DNA of 45,029 nucleotides from Armatimonadota bacterium (GTDB lineage Bacteria > Armatimonadota > Fimbriimonadia > Fimbriimonadales > GBS-DC). The DNA is taken from the NCBI GenBank assembly GCA_037442385.1, contig JBBIQJ010000003.1:1-45029 (forward strand), read 5' to 3'. Shown here piece by piece: positions 1-9,279 of the stretch (position 1 is its first letter; every line of letters begins with the position of its first letter). Under the pieces are notes generated by a model that had not been told where the DNA came from, made no database searches, and saw only the letters and a program-made list of their open reading frames with translations. The position numbers were made by a program, and so were the translations under genes.

Positions 1-24
1 TAGCGCGGCTCTACAGGTACACTG

Positions 25-1266
25 TTGCAAGCCACCAGCGAGCTGGAGGAGCGCGGACTAACCGACCTCTCGCGTGAGGTGAGCCTCGACGAGCGGCGCG
101 TGCTGCTGCAAGTCGCCAGCAAACTGCTGGATCGCCCGATTCCTGAGCAGTTTGAGGCAGACACGGAGGTTACGGAAGAAAAAGTGCAGAGACGCCTGCG
201 GGAAGCTCTGCGCAAGATTAGCAAGCTCGTGGAGCCGGCAAACACGGGGATTAACCGTGTGGAAGAGCTGTTTGAGGCGCGCAAACCCAAGGGCGAAGCC
301 ATCACGGTGGACTACGAAGGCGAAGTGGTGCATATTGAGCGTACCAGCCTGCGCCGCTGGGTCGTGCTGAAGGCGAATCTGCCCGTGGGCGAGATGCTAA
401 TAGGCAAGATGAGCCTTGACGATATTGAAGACCCTGCCACAGGCGAGCGCCTGCTTTCGGCGATGGAAGAGATCCGCGCCGCGCATGTGAACCGCCTGAT
501 GGAAGCGGGCGTGGAAAAGGTGCAGGTGCTGGACGCGATTCTCGTGCCGCCTGTAGGCTCGCTGGAAGTGGCGCCTGGGGACAAGGTACTGCCCGGCGAT
601 CGCCTCACGCCCGGTCCGCTGAATCCGCACGAGCTGCTACGCCTGCGCGGCGTGCGCGGTGTGCAGGAGTACCTCATTCAGGAGATTCAGGCGGTCTACA
701 AGGCGCAGGGCGTGGACATCGATGACAAGCATATCGAGGTCATCATTCGCCAGATGCTCCGCAAGCGCAAGGTAGTGGACCCTGGCGACACCTACTTCCT
801 GCCCGGTCAGACGGTGGACCGCTTCGTGTTTGAAGACGCGAACGCCAAGGTCATCGCCGAGGGCGGCAGCCCCGCGATTGCGGAGTGGGTGCTGCTGGGC
901 GTGTCGGAAGCGGCGCAACAGACCGAGTCGTTCCTCAGCGCGGCGTCGTTCCAGCGTACGGTCAAGGCGTTGACAGAGGCGGCTGTGCGCGGCAAGGTGG
1001 ATGAGCTGGTCGGCTTGAAAGAGAATGTGATTATCGGTCGGCTCATTCCTGCAGGCACAGGATTTGTGAAGCCTGTGTTTGTGCCGCGCTTTGAGCATGC
1101 CACCGCCGCCGCGACTGCCGCGGTTAAGCCTGCGGAATCGGAGCCGACGCTGGGCACGCTGTTCAAGGAGGAGCTGGAGCAAGGCTCTGATGCGCCTTCT
1201 AACGAAGCCAGCGGCGACGACTCTTCGAACAAGCCCAAAAAGAACCGCAAGAAAACCGAAGAGTGA
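25..1266 (+). CDS. rpoC: DNA-directed RNA polymerase beta' subunit, C-terminal part (5' portion outside the window or separated by an in-frame TAG at 1-3)
   Basis: Motifs [36 protein letters not shown] and [17 protein letters not shown]; acidic/Lys-rich tail. The true start is not visible. Confidence 0.95.
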   Translation: MQATSELEERGLTDLSREVSLDERRVLLQVASKLLDRPIPEQFEADTEVTEEKVQRRLREALRKISKLVEPANTGINRVEELFEARKPKGEAITVDYEGEVVHIERTSLRRWVVLKANLPVGEMLIGKMSLDDIEDPATGERLLSAMEEIRAAHVNRLMEAGVEKVQVLDAILVPPVGSLEVAPGDKVLPGDRLTPGPLNPHELLRLRGVRGVQEYLIQEIQAVYKAQGVDIDDKHIEVIIRQMLRKRKVVDPGDTYFLPGQTVDRFVFEDANAKVIAEGGSPAIAEWVLLGVSEAAQQTESFLSAASFQRTVKALTEAAVRGKVDELVGLKENVIIGRLIPAGTGFVKPVFVPRFEHATAAATAAVKPAESEPTLGTLFKEELEQGSDAPSNEASGDDSSNKPKKNRKKTEE

Positions 1267-1282
1267 GCCGTATCGCTTCCGG

Positions 1283-1320
1283 GAGGGTTCCCGCGAGACT
1301 TGGGAACCCTCTTCTCTTTT
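1283..1320 (+). terminator. Intrinsic terminator after rpoC
   Basis: Perfect 10-bp stem GAGGGTTCCC (1283-1292) / GGGAACCCTC (1302-1311) followed by TTCTCTTTT. Confidence 0.8.
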
Positions 1321-1327
1321 GACCATC

Positions 1328-1810
1328 ATGCGCCGTGCAACCCGAAAGATTCTAACCGGTGAACAGCTGGCCCAGCGGGTGGCTCAGTGGAAAGCGCAGG
1401 GCAAAACGCTGGTCTTCACCAACGGATGCTTTGACCTGTTGCATGTAGGGCATTTGCATCTGCTGGAGCAGGCGAAAACGATGGGCGACCTGCTGATCGT
1501 GGGCGTCAACAGCGACGAGTCGGTGCGTGCGCTCAAAGGGCAAGGTCGCCCGATTGTGCCTGAAGCCGAACGCGCCGAGCTCATCGCCGCGCTGGAATGC
1601 GTGGACGCCGTAACCATCTTTCCCGAACTGACCGCGAATGCTCTTTTGCAGCTCGTTCAGCCTGACTACTATGTCAAAGGGAGCGACTACACAGAGCAGG
1701 ACCTGCCAGAAGCGGAAACGGTGGTGGGTTACGGCGGCTTCGTCGTGATTCTGCCCTACGAGCCGAACCACTCCACCCGTGCCCTCATAGCCCGCATCCG
1801 AGAGGTATAA
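1328..1810 (+). CDS. rfaE2: D-glycero-beta-D-manno-heptose 1-phosphate adenylyltransferase (RfaE domain II / HldC type)
   Basis: FTNGCFDLLHVGH (HxGH), VGVNSDESVRALKG..RP, YVKGSDY, ST. ATG at 1328 chosen because the longer ORF overlaps rpoC. Confidence 0.88.
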   Translation: MRRATRKILTGEQLAQRVAQWKAQGKTLVFTNGCFDLLHVGHLHLLEQAKTMGDLLIVGVNSDESVRALKGQGRPIVPEAERAELIAALECVDAVTIFPELTANALLQLVQPDYYVKGSDYTEQDLPEAETVVGYGGFVVILPYEPNHSTRALIARIREV

Positions 1811-1819
1811 TACCTGCCA

Positions 1820-2605
1820 ATGCGAATCCTGTTTATTGGCGATATTGTCGGGCGTCCAGGGCGACAGGCAATAGCCCGCGTGCTTCCCGAATGGCGCGAA
1901 CGCTACGCGCCTGATATTATCCTGGCAAACGGAGAGAACTCGGCAGGCGGCAACGGCATGACCCCTCAGGTCGCCGAAGAGCTGTTTGCGCTGGGCATCG
2001 CGGGCTTCACGATGGGCAACCATGTGTGGGACAAAAAGGAAATCTATCCCCTTCTGGACAGCGACCCCCGAATCGCACGCCCTGCGAACTACTCGCCCAT
2101 GGCGCCCGGCAAGGGCGTCATCTTCTTCGAGGTGCTGGACAAGAAACTCGCGGTAATCTCGATGGCGGGCAGGGTCTTCATGGAACTCGCCGATTGCCCT
2201 TTTCGCACCTTTGACCAGATTTATGCACAACTGGATACGCCTTTTGTGTTTGTAGATTTTCATGCGGAGACCACCGCCGAAAAAGCCACCTTTTCTGCCT
2301 ATCTGGACGGGCGTGCGAGCGCGGTTGTGGGAACCCACACACATGTGCAGACCGCCGACGAGCGCATCCTGCCGAAAGGTACCGCCTTCATCAGCGATGT
2401 GGGCATGTGCGGCGTGTTTAACTCCTCCATCGGGATGGACATGGAGGTGAGCCTCCAGCGTTTTCTGACGGGGTTGCCCATTCGGCTGGAAGTGACGAAA
2501 GGCAGCCCTCTAGTGGCGTGCGGCGTGTTGATTGATCTGGATCGCACAACGGGTCGCGCGCTTTCGATTCAGCGTCTTCAGAAGCGGTTCGAGGCTGGAG
2601 GCTGA
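1820..2605 (+). CDS. ymdB: YmdB-family metallophosphoesterase (2',3'-cyclic nucleotide phosphodiesterase, TIGR00282 type)
   Basis: MRILFIGDIVGRPG, NGEN, MGNH, DFHAE, GTHTHVQTADERILP, DVGM. Confidence 0.92.
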   Translation: MRILFIGDIVGRPGRQAIARVLPEWRERYAPDIILANGENSAGGNGMTPQVAEELFALGIAGFTMGNHVWDKKEIYPLLDSDPRIARPANYSPMAPGKGVIFFEVLDKKLAVISMAGRVFMELADCPFRTFDQIYAQLDTPFVFVDFHAETTAEKATFSAYLDGRASAVVGTHTHVQTADERILPKGTAFISDVGMCGVFNSSIGMDMEVSLQRFLTGLPIRLEVTKGSPLVACGVLIDLDRTTGRALSIQRLQKRFEAGG

Positions 2606-2608
2606 GCA

Positions 2609-3676
2609 ATGGCAATCCCACGCCTTGCCACGGTATGCCTGCTGCGCCCTGAAGAAGTGCCCCCCTCTCATCCTGATTTTCGAGTGGTGAGTGTGTTCAA
2701 CCCGGGGGTAGCGGCGGTTGGGGAGCGTGTGGCACTGCTGGTACGCGTCGCCGAAACTCCACGCGAACATCGGGCTGGCTTCGTGGGGCTACCACGCTAT
2801 GCGCCAGGCGAGCCAACCCCTCATATGGACTGGCTTCCCGAATCGGAGGTGGAGCCGATCGACCCGCGCGTGGTGCGCCTGCGTACAACAGGCGCCATCC
2901 GCCTCACTTTCGTGTCGCATTTGCGAGTGGCGTGGCTGGATAGCACGGGCATCCGTGTGGAGTCGATTTCGCCTACCTCCACCTTCCTGCCCGAAACCGG
3001 ATGGGAAACCTATGGCGTGGAAGACCCGCGCATCACCGCGCTCGATGGGCGGTTTTACTTCACCTATGTGGCGGTTTCGCCTCACGGCGCTTGCACCGCC
3101 TTAGCCTCCACGGGGGATTTTCAGCACTTCACACGGCACGGGATTATCTTCCCGCCTGAAAACAAAGATGTGTTGCTGTTCCCAGAACGCATTCATGGGG
3201 AGTATGCCGCTCTGCACCGCCCAAATCCCAACACCCACTTCCATCCACCCGAAATGTGGATTGCCTATTCTCGCGACCTAATCGATTGGGGGCGCCACCG
3301 CCCGCTTTATGGGGGTGGTCGCGAGTGGGAGAACGACCGTGTGGGCGGTAGCACCGTGCCGGTGCGTCTGCCCGAAGGCTGGCTGGAGATTTATCACGCG
3401 AACCGTAAAGCACGCGGCGAGGCGGGCGTGGGAACTTACACCGCCAGCGCAATGCTGCTGGATGCCGAAGCGCCAGAGCGCGTGCTGAAAGTGTCTCATG
3501 AGCCGATTCTCGTGCCCACTGAGCCGTTCGAGCGAGAGGGGTTCGTGCCGAATGTCATCTTCCCGACGGGGCTTCTGCTACGCGACGACGAGGCGCTGCT
3601 CTACTATGGCGCCGCGGATACCTGCACTGGCGTCGCCCGCCTGCGATTGAGCGATATTTTGGAAACTCTGGAGTAA
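2609..3676 (+). CDS. Glycoside hydrolase family 130 (beta-mannoside phosphorylase/glycosidase)
   Basis: VFNPG, YGVEDPRIT, ENKD, LHRP, GFVPNVIFP, YYGAADT. Confidence 0.88.
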   Translation: MAIPRLATVCLLRPEEVPPSHPDFRVVSVFNPGVAAVGERVALLVRVAETPREHRAGFVGLPRYAPGEPTPHMDWLPESEVEPIDPRVVRLRTTGAIRLTFVSHLRVAWLDSTGIRVESISPTSTFLPETGWETYGVEDPRITALDGRFYFTYVAVSPHGACTALASTGDFQHFTRHGIIFPPENKDVLLFPERIHGEYAALHRPNPNTHFHPPEMWIAYSRDLIDWGRHRPLYGGGREWENDRVGGSTVPVRLPEGWLEIYHANRKARGEAGVGTYTASAMLLDAEAPERVLKVSHEPILVPTEPFEREGFVPNVIFPTGLLLRDDEALLYYGAADTCTGVARLRLSDILETLE

Positions 3677-3682
3677 ATTCTT

Positions 3683-3710
3683 GCAGGAGTCGAGGCAGTT
3701 TTCTCGAAAC
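3683..3710 (+). promoter_or_regulatory. SigH-like promoter motif GCAGGA-N17-GAAAC
   Basis: Intergenic, upstream of the SD GGAGG/ATG 3742; the same motif and spacing occur at four other gene starts. Confidence 0.55.
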
Positions 3711-3741
3711 TGGTTCTCACAACGCAATACGGGAGGAGGCT

Positions 3742-4224
3742 ATGCGACCGACATCGGTGCTGGTGATCGGGATACTGGGAATCGTGCTTGGAGTGCTGGG
3801 GCTTTGCTGTGGCGTTCTGGGGTTAGCAGGAGCGGGATTGCTCAGTGGGGCAACACAAGCGCAAGGCGGACAGGCGGTTCCAGGGCTGGCGCTCCTGCAG
3901 GATCCAACCTATGCGCGGTTCACGATGGTTTCCGCTCTGGTGATGATACTGCTATCGCTATGGCTGTTGATTGGTTCCATCATGTTCATCATGATGAAGC
4001 CGATGGGCTGGATTCTGATGGTCGCCTATGCGGTTCTCGCAATCGGCTGGAACATCCTGTCGCTGGTTCTGGATATGACGGTGCTGGCGTCCGTGTATGA
4101 GCGAACGGGAACCCCGCGCTCTGCCTCGAACTATGTGTCGTCTGCCATTGGTCTAATCTACCCGATTGTGGTGCTGATTGTGGCGACGCGCCCGGCGGTC
4201 AAGGAGCGTTTTCAGAGCCAGTAA
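3742..4224 (+). CDS. Hypothetical integral membrane protein (about 4 TM helices)
   Basis: GGAGG SD; alternating hydrophobic segments; RPTSVLVIGIL N-terminus and TRPAVK C-terminus. Confidence 0.8.
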   Translation: MRPTSVLVIGILGIVLGVLGLCCGVLGLAGAGLLSGATQAQGGQAVPGLALLQDPTYARFTMVSALVMILLSLWLLIGSIMFIMMKPMGWILMVAYAVLAIGWNILSLVLDMTVLASVYERTGTPRSASNYVSSAIGLIYPIVVLIVATRPAVKERFQSQ

Positions 4225-4633
4225 CTTTCTGGCGTATGGCTTCGGGGCATCGGGTGGGCTTGCCCTCACGGGTGATCCATACATGGCGTGTCCAGCCGTC
4301 TGCCAGCAGGCGCTGGTCGCCCTCGCGAACGATTTGATACTCGAAGCGCATCGTGCTACCCTTGAGTTCGGTCAGGCGCACGCGCACAATCACTCGGTCG
4401 CCGTAGCGTGCTGGTGAACGGTAGCGGCAGTACGCCTCCACCACTGCCAGCGGCGTGCCGTCCTGTTCCACTGCCTGATAATCAATGCCGTATGCCTGAC
4501 AGAACGCCCCGCGTGCCACCTCGAACCACACGAGATAGTTCGCATAGTAGACGATTCCCATCGCATCGGTCTCGGCGTAGCGCACTTCGAAGGGCTGGGT
4601 TTCGATCCACGGGGTGAGCGCCTGTTGTTCCAT
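4199..4633 (-). CDS. Acyl-CoA thioesterase, YbgC/FadM hotdog family
   Basis: VRYAETDAMGIVYYANYLVWFEVAR, YRSPARYGD. ATG 4633 lies 7 nt below a TAAACT -10. Confidence 0.9.
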   Translation of the reverse strand: MEQQALTPWIETQPFEVRYAETDAMGIVYYANYLVWFEVARGAFCQAYGIDYQAVEQDGTPLAVVEAYCRYRSPARYGDRVIVRVRLTELKGSTMRFEYQIVREGDQRLLADGWTRHVWITREGKPTRCPEAIRQKVTGSENAP

Positions 4634-4670
4634 CGAAGATAGTTTACCCCGAAGGGGGTACACTATGAGT

Positions 4671-5663
4671 ATGCTTCAGTCACAGTTGCTGGCGCCGCGC
4701 GAGCTGGTGCTGCGTGAAGTTCCCTTGCCATCGCCTGCCCCTGGCGAAGTGCTGGTAAAGGTGGAGGTGGCGCTGACCTGCGGCACGGACCTGAAAACCT
4801 ACCGTCGCGGGCACGCGAAGCTCCCTTTCGGCCCCTTTGGACACGAAGGAGTAGGGGAGATTGTGGCAGTGGGGGGGGGCGTTTCCCATTTGCAGGTAGG
4901 TCAAAAGGTAACATGGATGCCCACTGCGCCGTGCGGGACCTGCGAGATGTGCCAGCGCGGGCGCCCAAACCTGTGTCGGAACCTGTTTGAGGCGGTGGTG
5001 CTGGGCGCGTATGCGGAGTACCTGCTGATAAACGCGCGTGTGGCGCAGGTGCATGTGTTTCCCCTGGAGGGGGTGTCGGCAATGAGGGGGGCGTTTGCTG
5101 AGCCGTTGGCGTGCGTGATTCATGCATGGCGGCTACTGGAGCCGATTGGAGGCAAGCGCGTGGCGATTTTCGGCTCTGGCACGATGGGCTATCTGCACCT
5201 GATGGAGGCGCAGGCGCGCGGCTACGAGGTGGTAATGGTGGGACGCCGTCCAGAAAAACTGCAGCTGGCTCAGGCGCTGGGAGCGCACATCTGGGTGCTG
5301 GAAAATCCGCAGGATGTCCCCTCAGAGCGCTTTGACGCCGTGATTGAAGCCACAGGCGCCCGCGCTATGTGGGAACTCGCCCCGCAATGGTGCATGCCTG
5401 GGGGCAAAGTGCTGTTTTACAGTGGTCTGGCGAAAGACGAAACGGTGTGTCTGCCTGCGGAACCCCTGCACTATGATGAACTGACCCTGCTGGGCAGCTT
5501 CCACCTGACCACTGCGGACGCCATTCAGGCGCTGGAGCGCCTCAAGGAAGGGGGCTTGCCCGTAGAGCGCCTTATCAGCGGAGCCTATCCGCTTCGGCAA
5601 ATCAGGGAGGTTTTTGAGCGGCTGGACAGGGGTGAGGGCATGAAGTACGCGATTATCCCATAA
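4671..5663 (+). CDS. Zinc-dependent medium-chain alcohol/sugar dehydrogenase
   Basis: CGTDL, GHE, CGTCEMC...C structural Zn site, EPLAC, GSGTMG. Start is 4671 or 4665. Confidence 0.88.
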   Translation: MLQSQLLAPRELVLREVPLPSPAPGEVLVKVEVALTCGTDLKTYRRGHAKLPFGPFGHEGVGEIVAVGGGVSHLQVGQKVTWMPTAPCGTCEMCQRGRPNLCRNLFEAVVLGAYAEYLLINARVAQVHVFPLEGVSAMRGAFAEPLACVIHAWRLLEPIGGKRVAIFGSGTMGYLHLMEAQARGYEVVMVGRRPEKLQLAQALGAHIWVLENPQDVPSERFDAVIEATGARAMWELAPQWCMPGGKVLFYSGLAKDETVCLPAEPLHYDELTLLGSFHLTTADAIQALERLKEGGLPVERLISGAYPLRQIREVFERLDRGEGMKYAIIP

Positions 5664-5667
5664 AAAA

Positions 5668-5744
5668 TGGTCGGGGCGGGCAGATTCGAACTGCCGACCT
5701 CTCCCACCCGAAAGGAGCGCTCTACCATGCTGAGCTACGCCCCG
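5668..5744 (-). tRNA. tRNA-Pro (anticodon CGG), CCA encoded
   Basis: Reverse complement CGGGGCGTAGCTCAGCATGGTAGAGCGCTCCTTTCGGGTGGGAGAGGTCGGCAGTTCGAATCTGCCCGCCCCGACCA folds as a cloverleaf with anticodon loop TTCGGGT. Confidence 0.95.
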
Positions 5745-5829
5745 ACGGGGTTAATTGTACCCGACGGCAAGCGGAATTTCAAGGGGCGTGAGGGGATACA
5801 ACGGGTATACTTTCCTTTCGGTTGACTCG

Positions 5830-7749
5830 ATGTTAGGGCGGATCTGGCGTTTGATTGTGGGTGCGCCGCTGTCCACTCGGCGGGCGCGCCATGAGCGGCT
5901 GGCGGTGTGGCTGGCGCTGCCTGTGTTTGCCTCGGATGCGCTTTCCTCGTCTGCCTACGCCACCGAAGAGATGAAACTGGTGCTGTGGCAGGCGGGCGAA
6001 GAGGCGTTGCGCATGGCGTTTCCTATTTCCCTGGCAGTGGTGGCGCTGCTGTTTATTGTGGTTTTCTCTTACCGCCAGACCGTGTATGCTTATCCGCAAG
6101 GGGGCGGCGCGTTCAATGTGGCGCGTGAGAATCTGGGCGAGTTCTGGGGATTGCTGGCAGCGTCGGCGCTGCTGGTGGGCTATGTGCTGACCGTAGCGGT
6201 GAGTATCGCTGCGGGCGTGAATGCGATTATTTCCGCCTTCCCCGGAATGCTCCCCTACAGGGTGTTGCTGTGCGTGCTGTTTATTGCATTCATGACCTTC
6301 GTGAACTTGCGGGGCGCACGCGAGTCGGGCGCTGTCTTTGCCCCCCCAACCTACGGCTTTGTGCTGACTTTTGCCCTACTGATTCTGGTAGGGTTAGTGC
6401 GCCGCTTCTCGGGTGATGTGGAGTCGCAACCGTATGAACCCTATCCTGGCACCCTCACAAGCCTAAGCCTGTTGGTGATACTCACAGCGTTCGCGCGGGG
6501 ATGCTCCGCGCTGACAGGAGTGGAAGCCATTTCCGACGGGGTGGCGGCGTTCAAAGAGCCTGCCCCACGCAACGCCGCGAAGACGCTACTGCTGATGGCG
6601 TTCATCCTTTCGGGGCTGGTGCTGGGGATTACCTACATCTCTTCCTATTACCAGGTGCTGCCGCGCGTGAACGAGCATGGCGAGATTGTGGAGACGCTGA
6701 CCTCGCGTATGGCGCGCGCAGTGCTGGAAGGCACACCGTTCGGGTGGTTCTACTATGTGGTGCAGATTGCCACAACTGCGATTTTGATTCTGGCAGCGAA
6801 CACCGCCTATGTAGACTTCCCGCGCCTCTCGTCGATTCTGGCGAACGCACGCTATGCACCCCGCCAGCTGGCGAATCTTGGCGATCGCCTCGTGTTCAAT
6901 AACGGGATTATCCTGCTGGGGGTACTGTCGGCGCTGTTGATTATCTATTTCCGCGGGGACACCCATGCGCTCATTCCCCTGTATGCTGTGGGCGTGTTTA
7001 TTTCGTTCACACTTTCGCAGGCAGGAATGGCGCGCCGCTTCGTGCGAGTACGCCCGCCGCGCTGGCAGGTGGCGATGCTCATCAGCGGCTTCGGCGCCGT
7101 GACGACTTTTCTGGTGTTCATGACCCAGCTGATCGTGAACTTCAGGTATGGCGCGTGGATTACGCTGGTCGCAATTGGGATTGTTATCTTTCTGCTGTAC
7201 AAGGTACACGGGCACTATATGGAAATCAAAGAGCAGTTGCGTCCGATAGCCACCCCACCGCGCCCGATGCGCCATAAGGTGCTGGTCCTGGTGCCTGGCG
7301 TACATCAGGGGGTTTTGAAAGCCCTGGACTACGCCCGCCAGCTGGCAAACCCTGAAGATATCGAAGCGCTCCACATCAATGTGGATCCCCGCCCACCTGC
7401 CGTCTATCGGCGCGTGCTGAAGCGCGGTCCCGATGAAACCCCCGAACTGCGCCTGATGACCCCTGCCGCCGAAAAAATGCAAAAAGAGTGGCAGACCTAT
7501 GTGCCCGATATTCCCCTGCGAATCATCGACTCCGAACACCGCTCCCTGATTGAGCCAATAGAAGACTATATAGACGAGCTTATCGAGAAGGAGCAGTTAG
7601 ACCAGTTGACGGTGATTGTGCCAGAATTCTACCCACGCAAATGGTGGCATCACCTGCTCCATAACCAGTCGGCGTGGATGGTGCGTCTGGCATTGATGAA
7701 GAAACCCAAAGTCGTGGTCAGCACGGTGCGCTATTTCCTGGAGCGATAG
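5830..7749 (+). CDS. APC-superfamily permease, KimA/YdaO-like (probable K+ or amino-acid transporter) with a cytoplasmic C-terminal domain
   Basis: FASDALSSSAYATEE, SYRQTVYAYPQGGG, ALTGVEAISDGV, LIPLYAVGVF, PEF..KWWHHLLHNQ. Confidence 0.87.
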   Translation: MLGRIWRLIVGAPLSTRRARHERLAVWLALPVFASDALSSSAYATEEMKLVLWQAGEEALRMAFPISLAVVALLFIVVFSYRQTVYAYPQGGGAFNVARENLGEFWGLLAASALLVGYVLTVAVSIAAGVNAIISAFPGMLPYRVLLCVLFIAFMTFVNLRGARESGAVFAPPTYGFVLTFALLILVGLVRRFSGDVESQPYEPYPGTLTSLSLLVILTAFARGCSALTGVEAISDGVAAFKEPAPRNAAKTLLLMAFILSGLVLGITYISSYYQVLPRVNEHGEIVETLTSRMARAVLEGTPFGWFYYVVQIATTAILILAANTAYVDFPRLSSILANARYAPRQLANLGDRLVFNNGIILLGVLSALLIIYFRGDTHALIPLYAVGVFISFTLSQAGMARRFVRVRPPRWQVAMLISGFGAVTTFLVFMTQLIVNFRYGAWITLVAIGIVIFLLYKVHGHYMEIKEQLRPIATPPRPMRHKVLVLVPGVHQGVLKALDYARQLANPEDIEALHINVDPRPPAVYRRVLKRGPDETPELRLMTPAAEKMQKEWQTYVPDIPLRIIDSEHRSLIEPIEDYIDELIEKEQLDQLTVIVPEFYPRKWWHHLLHNQSAWMVRLALMKKPKVVVSTVRYFLER

Positions 7750-7751
7750 CG

Positions 7752-8174
7752 ATGCGAACGATTCTGATGGCGTATCGGGGCACAGAGCATGACAAGCGCG
7801 TTCTGCGCTGGATGTGTCGCCTTGCGAAACAGACACGGAGCAACCTGCGGCTGGTGTATGTGCTGGTGGTCAGCTTCAGCCATGAGATAGACGCGCCCGA
7901 ACCTCCCGGCGCACACGAGGCGGAGCAGATTTTGCTGGAAGCGGAACATATCGCCGAGACGGAAGGGGTGCCCGTCGCGGCTGATCTGGTTCAAGCACGC
8001 GACGCTGGGATTGGGCTGGTTAGCGAAGCAGAGGAACTGGAGGCAGACCTGTTAGTGATGACCGATCACCGCCATCTCACCCCAATGGAGAATCCGCTGG
8101 GGCTGGGCACGGTCGCCTATGTACTGAAGCACGCGCCTTGTCCCGTTGTGGTCTACTATGAGCCAATTCAGTAA
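7752..8174 (+). CDS. Universal stress protein (USP)
   Basis: MRTILMAY start, ADLLVM and GTVAYVLKHAPCPVVV; starts 2 nt after the permease stop. Confidence 0.85.
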   Translation: MRTILMAYRGTEHDKRVLRWMCRLAKQTRSNLRLVYVLVVSFSHEIDAPEPPGAHEAEQILLEAEHIAETEGVPVAADLVQARDAGIGLVSEAEELEADLLVMTDHRHLTPMENPLGLGTVAYVLKHAPCPVVVYYEPIQ

Positions 8175-9279
8175 CAGAGAGCCATTAGACCCCATCTGGG
8201 TAGCGCAGGTACGGGAGCGGTTGCTGGCATGGTTTTCGGTGAATCGCCGTCCTATGCCGTGGCGCGACAATCCTTCCCCCTACTATGTGTGGCTCTCTGA
8301 GGTGATGCTGCAGCAAACTCAGGTTGCCACCGTGATTCCTTATTTCGAGCGTTTCGTGGAGCGGTTTCCGACAATAGAAGCGCTGGCTTCGGCGCCGCTG
8401 GAGGAAGTGTTACGCTACTGGGAAGGGTTAGGCTACTATTCTCGTGCGCGACACTTGCACGAGACCGCAAAGCGCATTGTGCAGGCAGGGGGGCAATTCC
8501 CCGGCACCGCCGAAAAACTGCGTGAGCTGCCCGGTATTGGAGCCTACACTGCAGGCGCGATTGCGAGCATCGCCTTTCAGCAGCCAGAGCCTGTGGTGGA
8601 CGGCAATGTAACGCGCGTGCTGGCGCGTCTGCTCTGGCTCAAAGGTAATCTGAAGCAGGGCGCAGGACACAAACTACTGTGGGAAATAGCACGCGAGCTG
8701 GTGGACCCAGAGCGCCCCGGCGACTTCAATCAGGCGCTGATGGAACTGGGGTCAACGATTTGCACACCAGCACAACCCGCGTGTTCTCAGTGTCCCTTAC
8801 AACCGCTCTGCGCCGCTTATGCACGCGGTCAGCCCACAGCAGTGCCAGAGTCTGCTCCTTCCAAACCCTCTCGGAAGGTGGTGGATGTTTCAGCGGTTAT
8901 CCTGCGGAATGGCTCGGTGTTGCTGGCAAAACGCCCCGAACAGGGACTCTGGGGCGGCTTGTGGGAATTCCCGCGCACAACGCGAACCCAACGAGAGAGT
9001 ATCGAGACGCTTGCGATTCAGGCAGCGGAGGCGGTTGGACTGCGGGCAATCCCCTACGCTATGTTGGGCTGTGTGCGGCATGCTGTTACCTATTCACGGA
9101 TTGAGCTTTACGGCTACCTCTGCCTCTACCAGGAGGGCACACCTCGTTCACAGACCTACACCCAGCTGGAGTGGGCTACGCTTGAGAACCTCGCCCAGTA
9201 TCCACTCTCTGCGCCCCAGCGGCGGCTGGCGCAGATGGTTCAACAGACGACGCGCCAGCTTACTCTGTTTGAGGGGTAG
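8158..9279 (+). CDS. mutY: A/G-specific adenine glycosylase
   Basis: VWLSEVMLQQTQV, WEGLGYYSRAR, LPGIGAYTAGAIASIAF, VDGNV, 4Fe-4S C-x6-C-x2-C-x5-C, NUDIX-like GGLWEFP. Confidence 0.95.
   Translation: MSQFSNREPLDPIWVAQVRERLLAWFSVNRRPMPWRDNPSPYYVWLSEVMLQQTQVATVIPYFERFVERFPTIEALASAPLEEVLRYWEGLGYYSRARHLHETAKRIVQAGGQFPGTAEKLRELPGIGAYTAGAIASIAFQQPEPVVDGNVTRVLARLLWLKGNLKQGAGHKLLWEIARELVDPERPGDFNQALMELGSTICTPAQPACSQCPLQPLCAAYARGQPTAVPESAPSKPSRKVVDVSAVILRNGSVLLAKRPEQGLWGGLWEFPRTTRTQRESIETLAIQAAEAVGLRAIPYAMLGCVRHAVTYSRIELYGYLCLYQEGTPRSQTYTQLEWATLENLAQYPLSAPQRRLAQMVQQTTRQLTLFEG

Noticed and set aside
16-27. GGTACACT as a leaderless promoter for a separate rpoC C-terminal gene starting at TTG 25
   Set aside because: Only 1 nt separates it from the TTG, unlike the 6-10 nt seen elsewhere; probably chance.
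4871-4879. G9 homopolymer as a phase-variation tract
   Set aside because: It is in frame (Val-Gly-Gly-Gly) in a metabolic enzyme at a normally Gly-containing turn; no evidence of variation without reads.
5668-5744. tRNA-Pro as an integration site for an island
   Set aside because: No integrase, and no duplicated tRNA 3' end was seen; the flanks are housekeeping genes.
5745-5829. c-di-AMP (ydaO) riboswitch upstream of the KimA-like gene
   Set aside because: The gap is 85 bp and holds two divergent -10 elements; the leader after GGTATACT is under 20 nt.
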